Assembly (NCBI GenBank): GCA_905178155.1
Contig: CAJINV010000007.1
Coordinates: forward strand, 3,081,151-3,145,150
Origin: Amoebophrya sp. A120
Lineage: Eukaryota > Protista > Dinoflagellata
Length of the DNA: 64,000 bases
Direction: 5' to 3'
Below are positions 1 through 12,394 of this stretch, piece after piece. The notes under the pieces were generated by a model. The model had not been told where the DNA came from and searched no databases. It saw only the letters and a program-made list of their open reading frames with translations. The position numbers were made by a program, and so were the translations under genes. How positions within the stretch are numbered: the first letter of the stretch is position 1; each line of letters starts with the position of its first letter.

Positions 1-1
1 C

Positions 2-1413
2 GTGCGGAAGGCGTTTCGGGAGAAAAATGTCCAGATGCCGTGCGGGACCGCGTGTTTGGAGCCCAGCGACGCCTGTCTGGTGTACTCCGGAATTGGTACT
101 ACTAATAGTGGTGCACTTGTTACAACCAGCACGGAACAAGCAGCACAAGCCGACTCCGCATCCGAAGCGGGTGGCAGCATGACGTTTGTGTTTGTCGCAG
201 CGGGGGTCGGCGCGCTAGCCTTGCTCCTGGCCTCGGGCTACTTCATCAACAAGCGGATGCGGGAGCGGGAAACGGAGAAAATCTCCAACAGCGACGACGA
301 CGTTGTGTATCAAATGCAAAAGTGTCTGGGTCTGGAAGAATGCAAGATTTGTGATGCAGGTTTTCCATGACCCATGAGGTCTCGATGCGAGACCCAGCAT
401 GACAGATTCTTTGAGGTCTCTATCATGCCTTTCCTGCATGAGAAACTCCCTGTCAACTTGGTCAAAAGCAGACAGCTTTTGGCACTTACGCAGCACAGAT
501 TTTTGCATCATTTAGATTTAGCATGACGTGTTCCATTCTTCCAGACCCAGACATTTTTACATTTGATATTGTGGAGAGAACCGCGATGGGGGTGAGTCCC
601 AAGGCAAACAAAGAGCAGATTCTTGCCGGAAACATCAAACAAGGGGCGCAGCAGCATCCGAAGTCCGAATTTAAAAACAAGAAGGCCGCTTACGAGATCA
701 TGGACGACGCGTACGACAACGGTTGCCTGGTCAATGTTCCGGACGACGAGGACCTGGCTGTTCATGCCAAGTCCTCGTCAACTACCCAGAAGACGACCGG
801 AAACAGGAAGAAATCCGGGTCTTCGGGCCGGAATGGAACAGCATCAGCACCTCCGGACCCGGCGCAGCAACAGCAGCATGAAAGCTCTATGGCCCAGAAC
901 TCCCGGGCCATGTTGGAAAATTTAAAGCGCGAGCAGAGGGAAATGAATGCGGCGCCGTCGCGCGGTCGGGATCGCGGCGGCCGGAACTCGGTCTTCGACG
1001 GTTCAAGCCGAGGAGCGGGGGACGGGAGACAGCTGAATGTGCACCAAAGTGGCACCAGTGGAGGGGTACCGGCACCCCCGGTCGAGCGGGTCCCCTCGTC
1101 GATCAGCGGCGTGACGCCGGTCCTAGCAGGGGGAGAAATAATTTCCAACGGCAAAACGTCGTCGCACAGCAAGAAGCCGCGCACAAAGAAGCCCTACGCA
1201 GACTACCAGCAAGAGATGCAAAACACGGTCCAAAAGCCGACCGGGGGTTTCACTAAGCCCAGCGAGCAGGGACGAAACAGCGGCAATTCTAGGGCGAATA
1301 GCTCTTCGTCCTCTTTCCGAGCCGCGTCGCTGGAAGTGCTGGCCGACGACAGCACCAATCTCCGATCGCCCGGGGCCTCCATCAAAAAACCCCCGAAAAA
1401 GGGGCGGAAGTAA
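2..1413 (+). CDS. Unknown single-pass membrane protein (5' partial); exons <2-307 and 574-1413
   Basis: ORF 2..370 has a TM segment (FVFVAAGVGALALLLASGYFI) followed by basic residues. Removing introner 308-568 plus one TTGTG joins DDDVV|ERTAMG in frame to ORF 523..1413, which is a low-complexity tail. Confidence 0.7.
308..568. mobile_element. Introner, family A (261 nt), TSD TTGTG
   Basis: TIR TATCAAATGCAAAAGTGTCTGGGTCTGGAA / TTCCAGACCCAGACATTTTTACATTTGATA. TSD at 303-307 and 569-573. Interior similar to 37070-37331. Confidence 0.95.
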
Positions 1414-2729
1414 GTGGAGGTCAGGCTGTGACCACTCCGCACCTCAATTGAGTTTTCTTTTCTGGTCCAAACACTTGTCAAAATTTTTCGGCTGAGCTTC
1501 TTCGAAAATTTCAAGAATTTCCACTAACTCGGTTTTTTTTTTGTTTTTTCGTGCACGAAATTTGAACTGAGCTGCTTACTTAATGACGTTACGATAAGTA
1601 CGTAAATTTTTTGCAAAGACGAGCATCCAGTTGCTCACATGCACCTTGACTCGATATCAAATTCATTTTCATTTTAGAAAGTTGTCAATAGAACCACTAC
1701 CTACTTGTCAATATTGCGATGACCTCAGCGGATTCCCGCCCGGTCCGCTTTTTTGCGACCTCAATTTGGTTTCGCCGCAGGACTACTCTCATGCGGATCT
1801 GCCTTCGCAACATTGAGACTTAATACTTTTAGCCCTTGAATCATTTACACTTGTCAGTGAATTTTTTTTTACTAGTAAGCTAATATTCATCATGTCCCCG
1901 CATCAATAATGCTAATCGAGGAACACCCAGTGGCAGGCGTCGCCATTTACTCGAAAATAAAAAATCTGTGTGCAGCAATATGAACATTTTGAGTAGTCGT
2001 TCCAGGATTTTTTTCTGAGTTATCTAGCTCCAGCGTCGTTACAAAAAAAAAATCGCTGAGGCGGTGGACAAGAACGTGGGAGGGTGGCAGGAAGAGTAAA
2101 CGGTGTTCGACAGCGCGACTGAGGCGGAAAACGAGAAGGGAAGCGAACAGCATTTTCATTGTTGCAACGTCGGAAAAAAAAGAAATCGGTTGTCATTCAT
2201 CGCACTGCCATTTTTGTAGCCAGAATGTTCTGGACGTGAACTTGAATCACATCCGAGCTGAAAGTGAGTCAACCGTCTGTAGTGACTGTGTCCGAAGGCT
2301 CAGTGGAAAATTCTGTCAACGGCCTCTTCGGTCGACGAACCCTCTGTCCCCAGGTCCTCATGAGATATGCTCGAATGGTTAAAGATACCTTGTGTGTAAC
2401 GATACTGTACTGACTCAAAAGGAGGCAACATAGTCGTCGTTTTTGTGACAAAGGCCCAACAAGTCGTTACAACTAGTTGAGATTTTAGTATTACGGTACC
2501 GTCTCTCCTGCATACTTGGCATGGTGTCGGTGTAGTGGCATAAGTACTTTGTTTCATAAATTTTCGGTCGGTGCTCGCACAACTTCTCCACGCGTCTGCT
2601 ATTCGTTGCTTCGTTCTTCTCTACTTGTACTTTATCATTTGCCACCTCCTCCCATTGCAAAAATAAAGCACAGAGCAGTAAAACAAAAAGAAATTCAATG
2701 TAATTGCGCAAAAAAGAAGAAAAAAAAAC

Positions 2730-5700
2730 ATGAACGACCATAACGGAGAAGAAGACCCTGGTGCACCACCTCCGCAGCAGGAGTTGTCGCCGCAGACCGG
2801 CCACCTAATTATGCTTTTATGCCTTGGACGGGCGTTAGCATACAGAAGGGTGAATTTGCAGTGAATTTGTATTGCATGACTTGCATTTACTTAAAAAAAA
2901 GAGAAGCGCGCTACGTATTAGACACACGAGCCCAAGCATCCCACATAGCGTGAAGGGCTGCTCGTCGCGTGGTGGCGCTTGCAGCACCGAAAGAGGTGGT
3001 CTTGCGGGGGCTCGCCGGGCTGTGGAGTGCGTATGTAACCAAAGAAGGTGGATCGGGTGGCTCTTACTCTTCTGCGCGTCTGCCTGAGAAGTTCCTCTCT
3101 GGAATTGTCGAAAGGGAGGGCGACGCCTGAGCACAGGGGCACTAGTTCAACATGTATGCTCTCACGAGTTGTGGTTGGCTCGGCTTGGACTTGGATATCG
3201 GGGAGCAGCCTCGGGTGGAAGGGGAGGCACGATTCGGCCGCGGACGCTAGCTTGCTTCGCCTGCTGTGCTCTGCTCACAACTCCCCACGTGTCTTTTTGC
3301 CTCCGGAGCGAGGCCTTTTCGACGTGACCCCCAGGTCAGGAATTCTCTTGGTGAATTTGGGGGCTTTTTGTTTTGGCGACACTTTTTTGAAGCCCCAAAA
3401 CCCGGAGCTTCTCGTGCGTTAGCGAATTCTGAATAGGCACCTTGGGCCAAAATTCGCCCACGGCTTTTTCAAAATTCACCCCAAAACTCACCGGGCGCCC
3501 CTTTTCGACCGTGATAAGCAAACTTTTGCGCAGAAAAGTGCTGAAGGAAGTCCGCAAATAGGCCCTGGGAAGTGGGGCCGAGGGGAAAAGACATGCGCCT
3601 TCTGCTGCCCTCAGCCCGCCTATACTCTGCCGAAAAGGCCGGGAGAGCTCACGCGCCTGCCGGATAGACGCGCCAAAGCTCTCGGCCTGGTCCTTTCGCC
3701 CTTGCCTTCGCGCCTTCTTGCCTAATTGCATTTGCTTCGCAGCGCTTTCTTTTTGGCGTCTTTTCCGCGGCTGCTGCAGTGCTCTTATGCGAGCACAGGG
3801 AGACGAATAGACATGGCCAAAGAACGGCACCCAGGCCATGTCTAGAAGCTGCCCGCCGCATAAGCCTTGACCTCTGCGGTGTGCAGAACCCACTTCCCAG
3901 AAGGCCACGAGGGACAATGTCAATGTCCCAGCGGACTCATCTGCAATCTGTCATGCATGGCCGCGTTTTTGGCGTCGAGACCCTGGTGCACCACCTCCGC
4001 CGCAGGAGTTGTCGCCGCAGACCGCCCACCGTGCGGCGCAACTGCAGCAGCTGGCCGGCACGAACCTGTTTCTCACCGCGTCACCGCCGCGCGTGTTCGC
4101 CAATGCCTCACCGCCTCTCGTGCGGATCGGCGTGCCCGGAATGATCCAGCAGCACCAGCAGCAGCCTACCTGGGTGCGGCTGAAGAAAGATGGCACGACT
4201 TCTACAGGTCGTGTTGACCACACTTCGCAGCTGCAGCCCCGTGGTGCGACTCTTGGGATGACGAGCAACCCCCTAGTGTCCCAATCACCATCATTGACGG
4301 GGGCCGCGGTGGTGAACATCAACACTTCCGCCTTTCACCCGGAGAGCCGCGTACTGCAGGAAGAGGAATTTGAAATCGAGGAAGCCTTAGCGGCGCCCGG
4401 GGAGGAACTGTATCAAAGTGAAAAAAGCCCTCACCCCATATCGGAAACGGAAGATGCGCGAATTTGTGATGCTGTATTTGAGTACACAAATCGACTTGTA
4501 TTGCTAGAAGGCCAAGAGACGAAGCTGCGGCCTAAATTGCAGGTAATCTGTCATGCTGTTTCCCACTTCCAGCTGCCTCCTGTCATCCTGGAGCTGCAAG
4601 GCTTTCCCACGCTAGACAGCACTACAGTCCGCATTTTTTGCCTTCTAGCATCACAAAGCTGATTTGTGACCACAAACCTGCGTCACAGATTTCCGTTGTG
4701 ATATGGGGAGGGGGCATTTTTCATTGTAATAAACTGACCGAAGAAACCGAGCCAGAAGAGCCTTCCACCGGGGAGGACGTGCATCTCGCAGGGATGAGGA
4801 GTGTAGAAAGACAGCATGTTCTCGGGGCCGATGTTGATCAAGCAGAAGTACAACTAGAACAACACGACCAGCAGCTTTTCAAAAACGGAATCTCCGCAAA
4901 GACGACGACCGCACTTTCGCCCAGTTCTACTTCGAACGCGGCCCAAAGCAACAAGATAAAATCCTCCCCTTCCTGCAAGTCGCCGCACGTACCCCTGCCC
5001 TCGCTCTATGGATTGCAAATATATCTGGGTCTGGAAACTTGTAATGCTGAAAGTGAATGATAGACGCACTGCAATACGCAGCTATGCGTGACAAATAATT
5101 TTTTGGCTGCCATGTCTTACGTGTTCCGCATGGCAAGCTGCGTTTTTGCATGACAGGTAAGAGGACTTTTTCGTGCCTATGCAACACAGATTCTCGAGTC
5201 ATGCCAGACAAGCACGACAAACTTGCATTTTTCCAGACCCAGACATTTTTGCATTTGATGCGCTCTCCTCGGTCGCGACGATGCCGGATACCACTGCCGC
5301 GGAGCGTGGAGCCACGGGCGCAAACCAGTGGTCGGAGGCACTGTTTCACTCCGCGTCGTCCGTTGGTAGTGGGGTTGGCCGGGAAAAAGTGCTAAAGTCG
5401 TCTTCCGGACGATCTGCGTCCTCTTCGCATGGGAACGCTTCTGTTGCAAATGATCCGTATAATGTTGCATACGAGGGAATTGTAGAAGATGCCGGTGAAC
5501 AACACATCTCATTGGGACTGGAAGAAACAGCCGGACGGCCGCTGCAAGACAGCAGGTCAGCATCCTCCTCCAGTTGCAGCGACACGCTGAATTTGGAGCA
5601 GGTCGCGAAGCTGTCCTTCGGGGAATTATTGGAGGCGACGCGCGACACCCCAAAAGCGGTGGACAGTCAAGGGCAGCAAGTGGTGGGGATTCTAGTACGG

Positions 5701-8700
5701 GGTGGCCAGCAGGACGAATTTGGAAGTGAGAGTAATGTCGAAAACTACCCCACGTCGGCGCCGGCCAGCAGCACAGCCAATTTATCCACCGGCGGGGGTG
5801 CAAACAAACTTCTCAGTTTCGACTTCACCAGCGACCGCCATTCTGTCTTGAGTGGCAATTTTGAGAATGCGAACAATGTGGATCATTTAGCGCAGGAGAC
5901 TTCAAATGATGCGAGCAGCAGCAGCGCTAACCCTCGCGTGAGGTGGACGGCGAAAAATGCAGACGAAGACCACTCGTCGAGCCAGTCCCCTTTAAAGCGG
6001 AAGCAGCCCCCAAAGGGAACGGGTACTGCGGCGACGGAAGGCGTGGATTCATCTCGGTCGGCGAGCCCGGTCAAGGGAAGCAAAAACATCAAGGCAGGCG
6101 GATCCTCCTCCTTCCACTTATACGAGGGGCAATGGAATACGGACGGGAAGAAGCACGGCGTGGGTCGCGTGCGGGGAGAAGATTGGATCTACGAAGGGGT
6201 CTGGGTGAACGGAAAGCGGCACGGTCGCGGCGTGTTGCGCAGTTTGCACACAAACGACGTTAAGGAGTGTCTCTTCTATTTTGGATACGGAAGAATGAAA
6301 ATAGGTGTTGTAGTTGGTATCTTCTTGAGCAAACTGCAAAAATGCAGGTTTGTCTATAGTCGCCGCATGAACTAGAAGACTAGGAACTCTACTAAAACAT
6401 GAACAGTGACACCAGCGGTGGATGATGATCATGATGATGATGATTGCATTTTTGTAAACCATGACTGTACTAGAAGTTCAAAGTCAAGGAAGTTGCCAAC
6501 GTTCCTCATTCATACCGTCGAGAAGCGGGACCCGGTGCATGGCGTTTACAACATTCCTTCGGGCGAGGAAGTTTTGGTTTTCGAGGAGCTGCTGGAAATC
6601 TGCAACGCGAGGGGACCGCTGTTCACTGCAGGAAGCAGTATAGAAGACGAGCAAGGCGATGGACAAAGCGGCGCGACTTTATCCGGTAATTTTATTTCCA
6701 GCAGAAACCAGCAACTGGAGGCACCACCAGCTGGCCTCATCGCACTGGCGCAGAAGGAAGCCATCGCGCAGAAGATCTTCACCGCGACGCCCCCCAGCAG
6801 CCTGGGGATCCCTTCCGACCACGGCATTGCGGTGAAGCACAAGGTGGCGCTGCCGCTTCCCGATAAACCGGTGTACGAGGGCGAGTGGCTGGACGGCAAA
6901 CCCCACGGCCAGGGCGTCTTGCTCGAAAAGGACGGGATCACCCGGTACGCCGGACAGTTTTTCGAGGGCAAAAAGCACGGGGAGGGGAAGCAGGTGTGGG
7001 CATATGGCAACGAGTACACGGGGCAGTGGCGGTTTGGGAAGACCAACGGACAGGGGAAGGAAACATACCCAGACGGCAGCCGGTACATTATCCGAGAGAA
7101 AAAAACGGTGAGGAGGGCAGCTTCGTAATGCAAAAATACACTAATGGAAAAAATTCTGCTCATGGGCGAGCCCTTACCAAGCGGCTTGAGAGAGACATGC
7201 AGCAGAGTTTTTTTCTGTGTAAATTGTACGTTGTTGTTTTAGCATTATGCCCTGCCATACATTTTTTCTGTGTGATACACGACGGCGAGTACGAAGACGA
7301 CCGGCGGCACGGCGACGGCGACTACCGCTGGGCCGAGGGTCAGTTCTACAGCGGGCAGTGGCGGTTCGGGAAAACGCACGGGGAGGGCAGGAAACAGTAC
7401 CAAGACCGCGGGTCCTACGACGGACAGTGGAAGGAGGATCTGCGGCACGGGCGCGGCATCTACGTGTGGCCGGACGGTCGGCGGTACGAAGGCCAGTGGA
7501 AGCACGGCAAAAAGCACAACATCGGGACAGAGTCGCTGCCGAACGGGGCGAAGTACGAAGGTAGAAATAATTCTGTCGGCTTAATCTTTGTACATCAGAA
7601 AAGACACGAGTAATGTTATATGTTTAGCACGACGTGCTGTCAGCAATTGCAATACATTTATTTCTCTGTGTCCGCGTCGTTTAGATCTAATCTCCTCCTC
7701 GCAGGTTCGTGGAAAGAGGACAAGCGGCACGGGAAGGGGATTCACCACTTTGTCGGCGGAGAAGTGTACGACGGAGACTGGTTGGAGGGGAAAAAGCACG
7801 GCCGCGCAAAAGAGGTGTACGGCGACCGTGAGTGGTACGAGGGGCAGTGGTATCGGCGGCAAAGTTGATGTCTGGGTCCGGAAGATTGCAAGATTTGCAA
7901 TGCTGTTCTGACAAGAGTAAAGACGACGTATCATGCGTGGTGCTGCGATACAGCAAGATGCGTTCGTCGTGCTGCAAAAATGCGACTTGTCATGCGGTTT
8001 ACGACCCAAGAGAGGCGTAGCCAGTGAAAAACTTGCCATGTTGCAGAGCTCCCTTTTGGCGTCTGCAGCTTGTCATCCACACCTTAGCATGACAATTTTA
8101 TTCCAGACCCGGACATATTTGCGTTTGATACGTGGTTCGGCGACACGCGGCACGGGTACGGCAAATACGAGTGGGAAGATGGCCGCAAGTTCATCGGGGA
8201 ATGGAAGTTCGGCAAGAAGCATGGTGCGGGAGTGGAGACCTATCCCAACGGTTCGGTTTACGACGGGCAGTGGCTGCACTCCATGCGCAACGGGATCGGG
8301 CACCACACCTGGCCCAACGGGTCGGTGTACCTGGGGCAGTGGCGCGACGGCAAGAAGCACGGGTTCGGGAAGTACACCTTTGTGTCCGGCGAGATTTACG
8401 ACGGCGAGTGGCGGGAAGACAAGCGGCACGGCAAGGGTCGCAACGTGTACTCCACCGGGGAGATCTACGACGGGCAGTGGCACGCGGACCAGAAGCAGGG
8501 GTACGCCTCCGAGACCTACCCCGAGGGCGGGATCTACGAGGGCCAGTGGAAGTTCAACAAGCGCAATAGGCATTGCAAATATGTCATCTGGGAGGTCTGG
8601 AATAAACCTGTCATGCAAGGAAGGGAATAGTGACCACACTGTATTTATGCGCTGCCAAGCATGACAAATTTTTCGGTTCTTCTGAGTTGCGTACTCCGCA

Positions 8701-9165
8701 TGAGAAGCTGCGCTTTTGCATGACAGCCAAACAGGAGCTCTTTGCGGCCACGCAATACTACAGAGTTCAGAGTCATGTCAGACTAGCATGACAACTCCCG
8801 CAGTCTCCCAGACCCCGACACATTTGCATTTGATACGCAACGGTGAGGGGCGGTACGTGTGGACCGACGGGCGCGAGTACATCGGGCAGTGGCGCGACGG
8901 GGGGATCCACGGCTACGGCTGCAACAAGTTCACCAACGGCATCCTGTACCGCGGCCAGTGGGACAACGGAATCTCGCAGGGGTACGGCAAGGAGAAGTAC
9001 CCCGGCGGGGGGCAGTACGAGGGGCAGTGGCTGAACAACAGGAGGCACGGCTGGGGCATCTACACGGGCGGTGACGGCCGCGTCTTCGAAGGCACGTGGC
9101 TGGACGGGGAGCGGGGGGCGCGGCAGGGTGGTGGCGCGCAGGCGCAGGTCATGGCAGCGAGGTGA
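2730..9165 (+). CDS. MORN-repeat protein with long low-complexity N-terminus (~1,208 aa in this model)
   Basis: Many YEGxWxxGKxHGxG MORN repeats from ~6120 to 9115. Model: ATG 2730; 1,225-nt insert bounded by direct repeats; introners 4411, 5007, 7089, 7851, 8567; GT-AG introns 6305-6406 (tentative) and 7561-7704. Spliced length 3,627 nt is a multiple of 3. The first exon is less certain. Confidence 0.8.
2753..4030 (+). repeat. 53-bp direct repeat (2753-2805 and 3978-4030) bracketing a ~1.17-kb unexplained insert
   Basis: AGACCCTGGTGCACCACCTCCGC(A/C)GCAGGAGTTGTCGCCGCAGACCG(G/C)CCACC, 2 mismatches. Both copies encode DPGAPPPxQELSPQT. Confidence 0.9.
4411..4731. mobile_element. Introner, family B (321 nt), TSD AACTG
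   Basis: TIR TATCAAAGTGAAAAAAGCCCTCACCCCATATC / GATATGGGGAGGGGGCATTTTTCATTGTAATA. Join GEEL|TEET. Closely similar to 28153-28466. Confidence 0.95.
5007..5260. mobile_element. Introner, family A (254 nt), TSD CGCTC
   Basis: TIR ...TCTGGGTCTGGAA / TTCCAGACCCAGAC.... Join PSL|SSVATM. Reverse-complement relative of 38336-38589. Confidence 0.95.
7089..7277. mobile_element. Degenerate introner (189 nt), diverged TSD TACAT/CACGA
   Basis: TIR TATCCGAGAGAAAAAA / TTTTTTCTGTGTGATA. Removing 194 nt restores MORN motif GSRY|DGEY. Confidence 0.8.
7851..8130. mobile_element. Introner, family A (280 nt), TSD AGTGG/CGTGG
   Basis: Left end TATCGGCGGCAAAGTTGATGTCTGGGTCCGGAA, right end TTCCAGACCCGGACATATTTGCGTTTGATA. 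Join YEGQW|FGDTRHG. Confidence 0.9.
8567..8835. mobile_element. Introner, family A (269 nt), TSD CGCAA
   Basis: Degenerate family-A TIRs. Join KFNKRN|GEGRY restores a MORN repeat. Confidence 0.9.
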
Positions 9166-9842
9166 GGTTGTATGTAGTAAGGTCATAGCGAGAGCAGGAA
9201 AGATTGGCCGGGGAAAACAAAAATGATCGCTGCACACCGGGCGTATTCTTTTTCGCACAAATAAACATGACTCCATGATCGGACTTCTGCTTGAGGTTCT
9301 TACAAAGCAAGATCTGTTTTGTTGCAGAGCGGACGTTCCTGCAAATTCTTTCCTGCAAGCGGCGTTCTACCACTCCCGGGAAGTAATCGACTACTCAACG
9401 AGATTTTTTCGAGTGCCGGTTCACCTTTCGAAAATTTGGATCATGAAAAAACTGTTTTGTCCTTGTTCACTCGCGGATCTGTTTGGAGCCCTTCAAAAAA
9501 TGTACAGAGATGCTATAGACCGCGAAAGATCGAATTGGAATAATAAGGTCCATGCGGCGATCGACACAAGATCCTGATGGCGGTTTTTTTCGTCGACAGA
9601 AAGAACAATCCTGAAAATCCCTTCCCGATTTTCATGCACCATGAAATACTGATATTTTTCCGAAAACCGAAAACACAGCTGCGCGCACGGGTTTTTTTGT
9701 AGGAAAAAGCACCTTAAGACCCACTTACCTAGCGACCACACCGCGGACCACGTAATATTATTATACGCAGCTTTCTTAGAAGACCGAAGAAAACTACACC
9801 ACCATCTGATCGGCACGCTTGATAATATCCCCACCAAATAAG

Positions 9843-11399
9843 ATGCCGTCCTCGCAAGTATTTTTTTCTCCCCTGGCCGCGACCCCGGGCCGCATTAGCC
9901 AGGAGTGGCTGCAGGCGGGGAAACCGAAACTCGGGACGGCGACCTCTTCCTCCTCTACGGCGCATTGCCAAACGGAGATGAGTCGGAAGGAGATCGAGAA
10001 GATCGCGGTCCCCATCGAGCACGCCACCTGGCGGCTGGCCGCCCTGCTTTCCGCCAGCGGCGACGACACGCTGCAGACGAAGCGAGAGCGGGAGAAGGCG
10101 CTGGCCGAGCCCCTGGCGGAGTTCCGGAAGGCCTACCAGTGCTTCCTCGCGACCCTGCTGGTCCAAGTGACCTGCAGCGGGTCGGCCGTCCCGCCGAACG
10201 AGTTCTTCCGGAAGGCGGTCCGGGAATTCGCGGAGGAGGCGACAAAGCGATTTTTGGCCTTGGAGAGCACGGTGGAAAGGTTTATAAACGGAGAAGAAGC
10301 TGCAGTTGCTTTCGGGGGACAACAAGTAGTTTTCGCAGGAGATCAACATCCTGTAGTACCGGCTTCATTTTCTACTACTGCCTCATCGCAATTGTCGGCG
10401 AGCAGACTCGCGGGGAATCTGATGGACACCTTGCAGAAGTGGAAGACGACCGTCCCGCGCAGCAACAAGATGGCCCTGCGGGCGAAATTTCTCAGGCAGG
10501 TCAAGCAGCTCAGGGATTGCAAAAGGGAGCTGTTGTGCGAAGGGAAACTAAATGGGGAGGAGGAGGACGTGGAGGACTGTGAACAAGTCGTCAACTACAC
10601 CAGCGGCGTCAGGTACAACAAGCATTTACCTGTAGCTTCGTACACCATACGAGGCACCATTGCCGCCATCTTTTCGTTGAGATTCTCTTGCTTTCTTGCT
10701 ACAATAAAGTGATGTAGTGCTAACGATATAATTAGAGGTAGATGTTCTTAAACAAGAAATAATTCTATTTGAAGTGAAAGTAATAGCAAATAAACTCACA
10801 GCAGCAGAAGTCCCTCCCCCACGACTGCGAAGAGCAAGACGAGTGCGGAGGAGCAGGCTCCCTCCCCGGCCACCACCCAGGCCTCCGAGGAAGTCGAGGA
10901 ACTACCAGCAGTCGGGACGACCCGGGAACAAAGCAAAAAGCAGTCCCTGATCGCCGCCATCGCCGCCCTGGAGCAGTGCTGGGTCGCGACCGTGAAGTCC
11001 GAAGAACACGACGACGCGTTTTTGTACGACTTTGCCCTACAGAACGACCGGCACTTGAGCCTGCTCGACGAGGCGATCGTGGCGATCGCGATGGACGAGG
11101 ACAGTGGCTTCCTGGACGACGAGGACCTGCTCTCGGAAGAAGAAGAGCAAGATGACGTGGACCAGGACCAGCAGGTCGGGGGCAGCGCGTTCGCAGATCG
11201 TGGGCAGGAAGTTGTAGAGAATGCTGAGGTCCACGAGATCGTCACGGGTCTGATCCGGCTCACCGACAAGCTAGAGTTGGTGCAACGCGAAGGGAATAAG
11301 CTTTCCAGCTGTACGAATACAAACACCACGGCGAAGAGTTGCGAAACGCGGGAGGCACTCGACAAGGCGATTGCCGCGTTTCAGAAGGTGGCAGTGTGA
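9843..11399 (+). CDS. Unknown helical protein, possibly GCIP/CCNDBP1-like; GT-AG intron 10613-10801
   Basis: ORFs 9819..10712 and 10992..11399 join in frame across a canonical intron. VPRSNKMALRAKFLRQVKQLRDCKREL followed by an acidic tract loosely recalls the GCIP family (by eye only). Start codon uncertain. Confidence 0.55.
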
Positions 11400-12394
11400 T
11401 GAAAAAGCGGCCTGCTTTTGATGTGTCTGTGAAATTGAAATGTAAACGTAGCTGAATTTTCCTACCGTGCGGATTGAATGAAGAAGGGAGCACGCGGGAA
11501 CAAAATTGTGTACAAAAAAGCAACACCATTGTGTAATGAAAAAAATCAGTACTGCTCATGGGTAAACGTCGGCAGAGCACTGCAGGCGGAACATTCTTGG
11601 TCATTGGCCAGGACCGCCACTGATGCTGTCGAGTGTTCGACATTCTTTCATAACTTGACTGAAGATTCTCCCGGTTAGTTATTTTTTCTTTGTCGACGTA
11701 CGAAATAGAAATAGAAATATCGATATCCACGTTCATTTTCGTGCTTTTTTTCCGGAAAAGCAGACGCTTTGGATTCTATTGCGTTTTTCGTTTTTGTGAA
11801 ATCCTGATCCGAACGTGGTAAGAGATTAAGAAGTCTATGTTCGAAGCAGTCGGTGGTCGCCGCACAAGATTCGCGAGATCCGGTTCGTTCCAATGAATAA
11901 ATCCAGTAATTTACAACTGCAAATAAAAACCCGATCGAGTCGTGCTCGAGTCTTAAGCCGCTTGTCGCAGAAGTACTAACTGCATGGAAAAATCGACATG
12001 ATGCAGTACGGTTAGTTCGTCCGCATGAACGTTGATAGATGTGCAGGGCGAGGTGAAGCCGCAGGTTCTTAGCCGCGTGATGTTGTCGCGAATGGGCGCA
12101 GAGACTGAGCATTATTGAAGAAGCCCACTTGTTGTAGTTCCACCCCGTGCATATTAGTTCATCCTCCTTGTGCCGACGTTTTGTCTTTTCGCTCTTCTGG
12201 ATGAACTAGTGAAACTGAAACGGCAGCGGTGCGGGAGAGCACACAAGAAAAATCCGATTGTTCTCAACAACATCTTTCTGCTTTCGTCAACGCGCAGAAG
12301 TGAAGATAGCGGACTCGTCGCGCCGAGGTGAAGAATAAACCTGCAACAGAACAACCGAATCGATAGGCCCAGAGGAAGCAGCACCGGCGAACAA

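Noticed and set aside
3960-3979. Possible second relict spliced leader (GCCGCGTTTTTGGCGTCGAG) before the second 53-bp repeat
   Set aside because: Needs gaps and several mismatches; not distinguishable from chance.
4411-4662. Recurrent ORF-track peptides (CKNVWVWK, PDPDIFTFD, FQTQTF, IWGGGIF, KIPPPHI, DAVFEYTN) as a repeated protein domain
   Set aside because: They are translations of introner TIRs and interiors in various frames, not real coding sequence.
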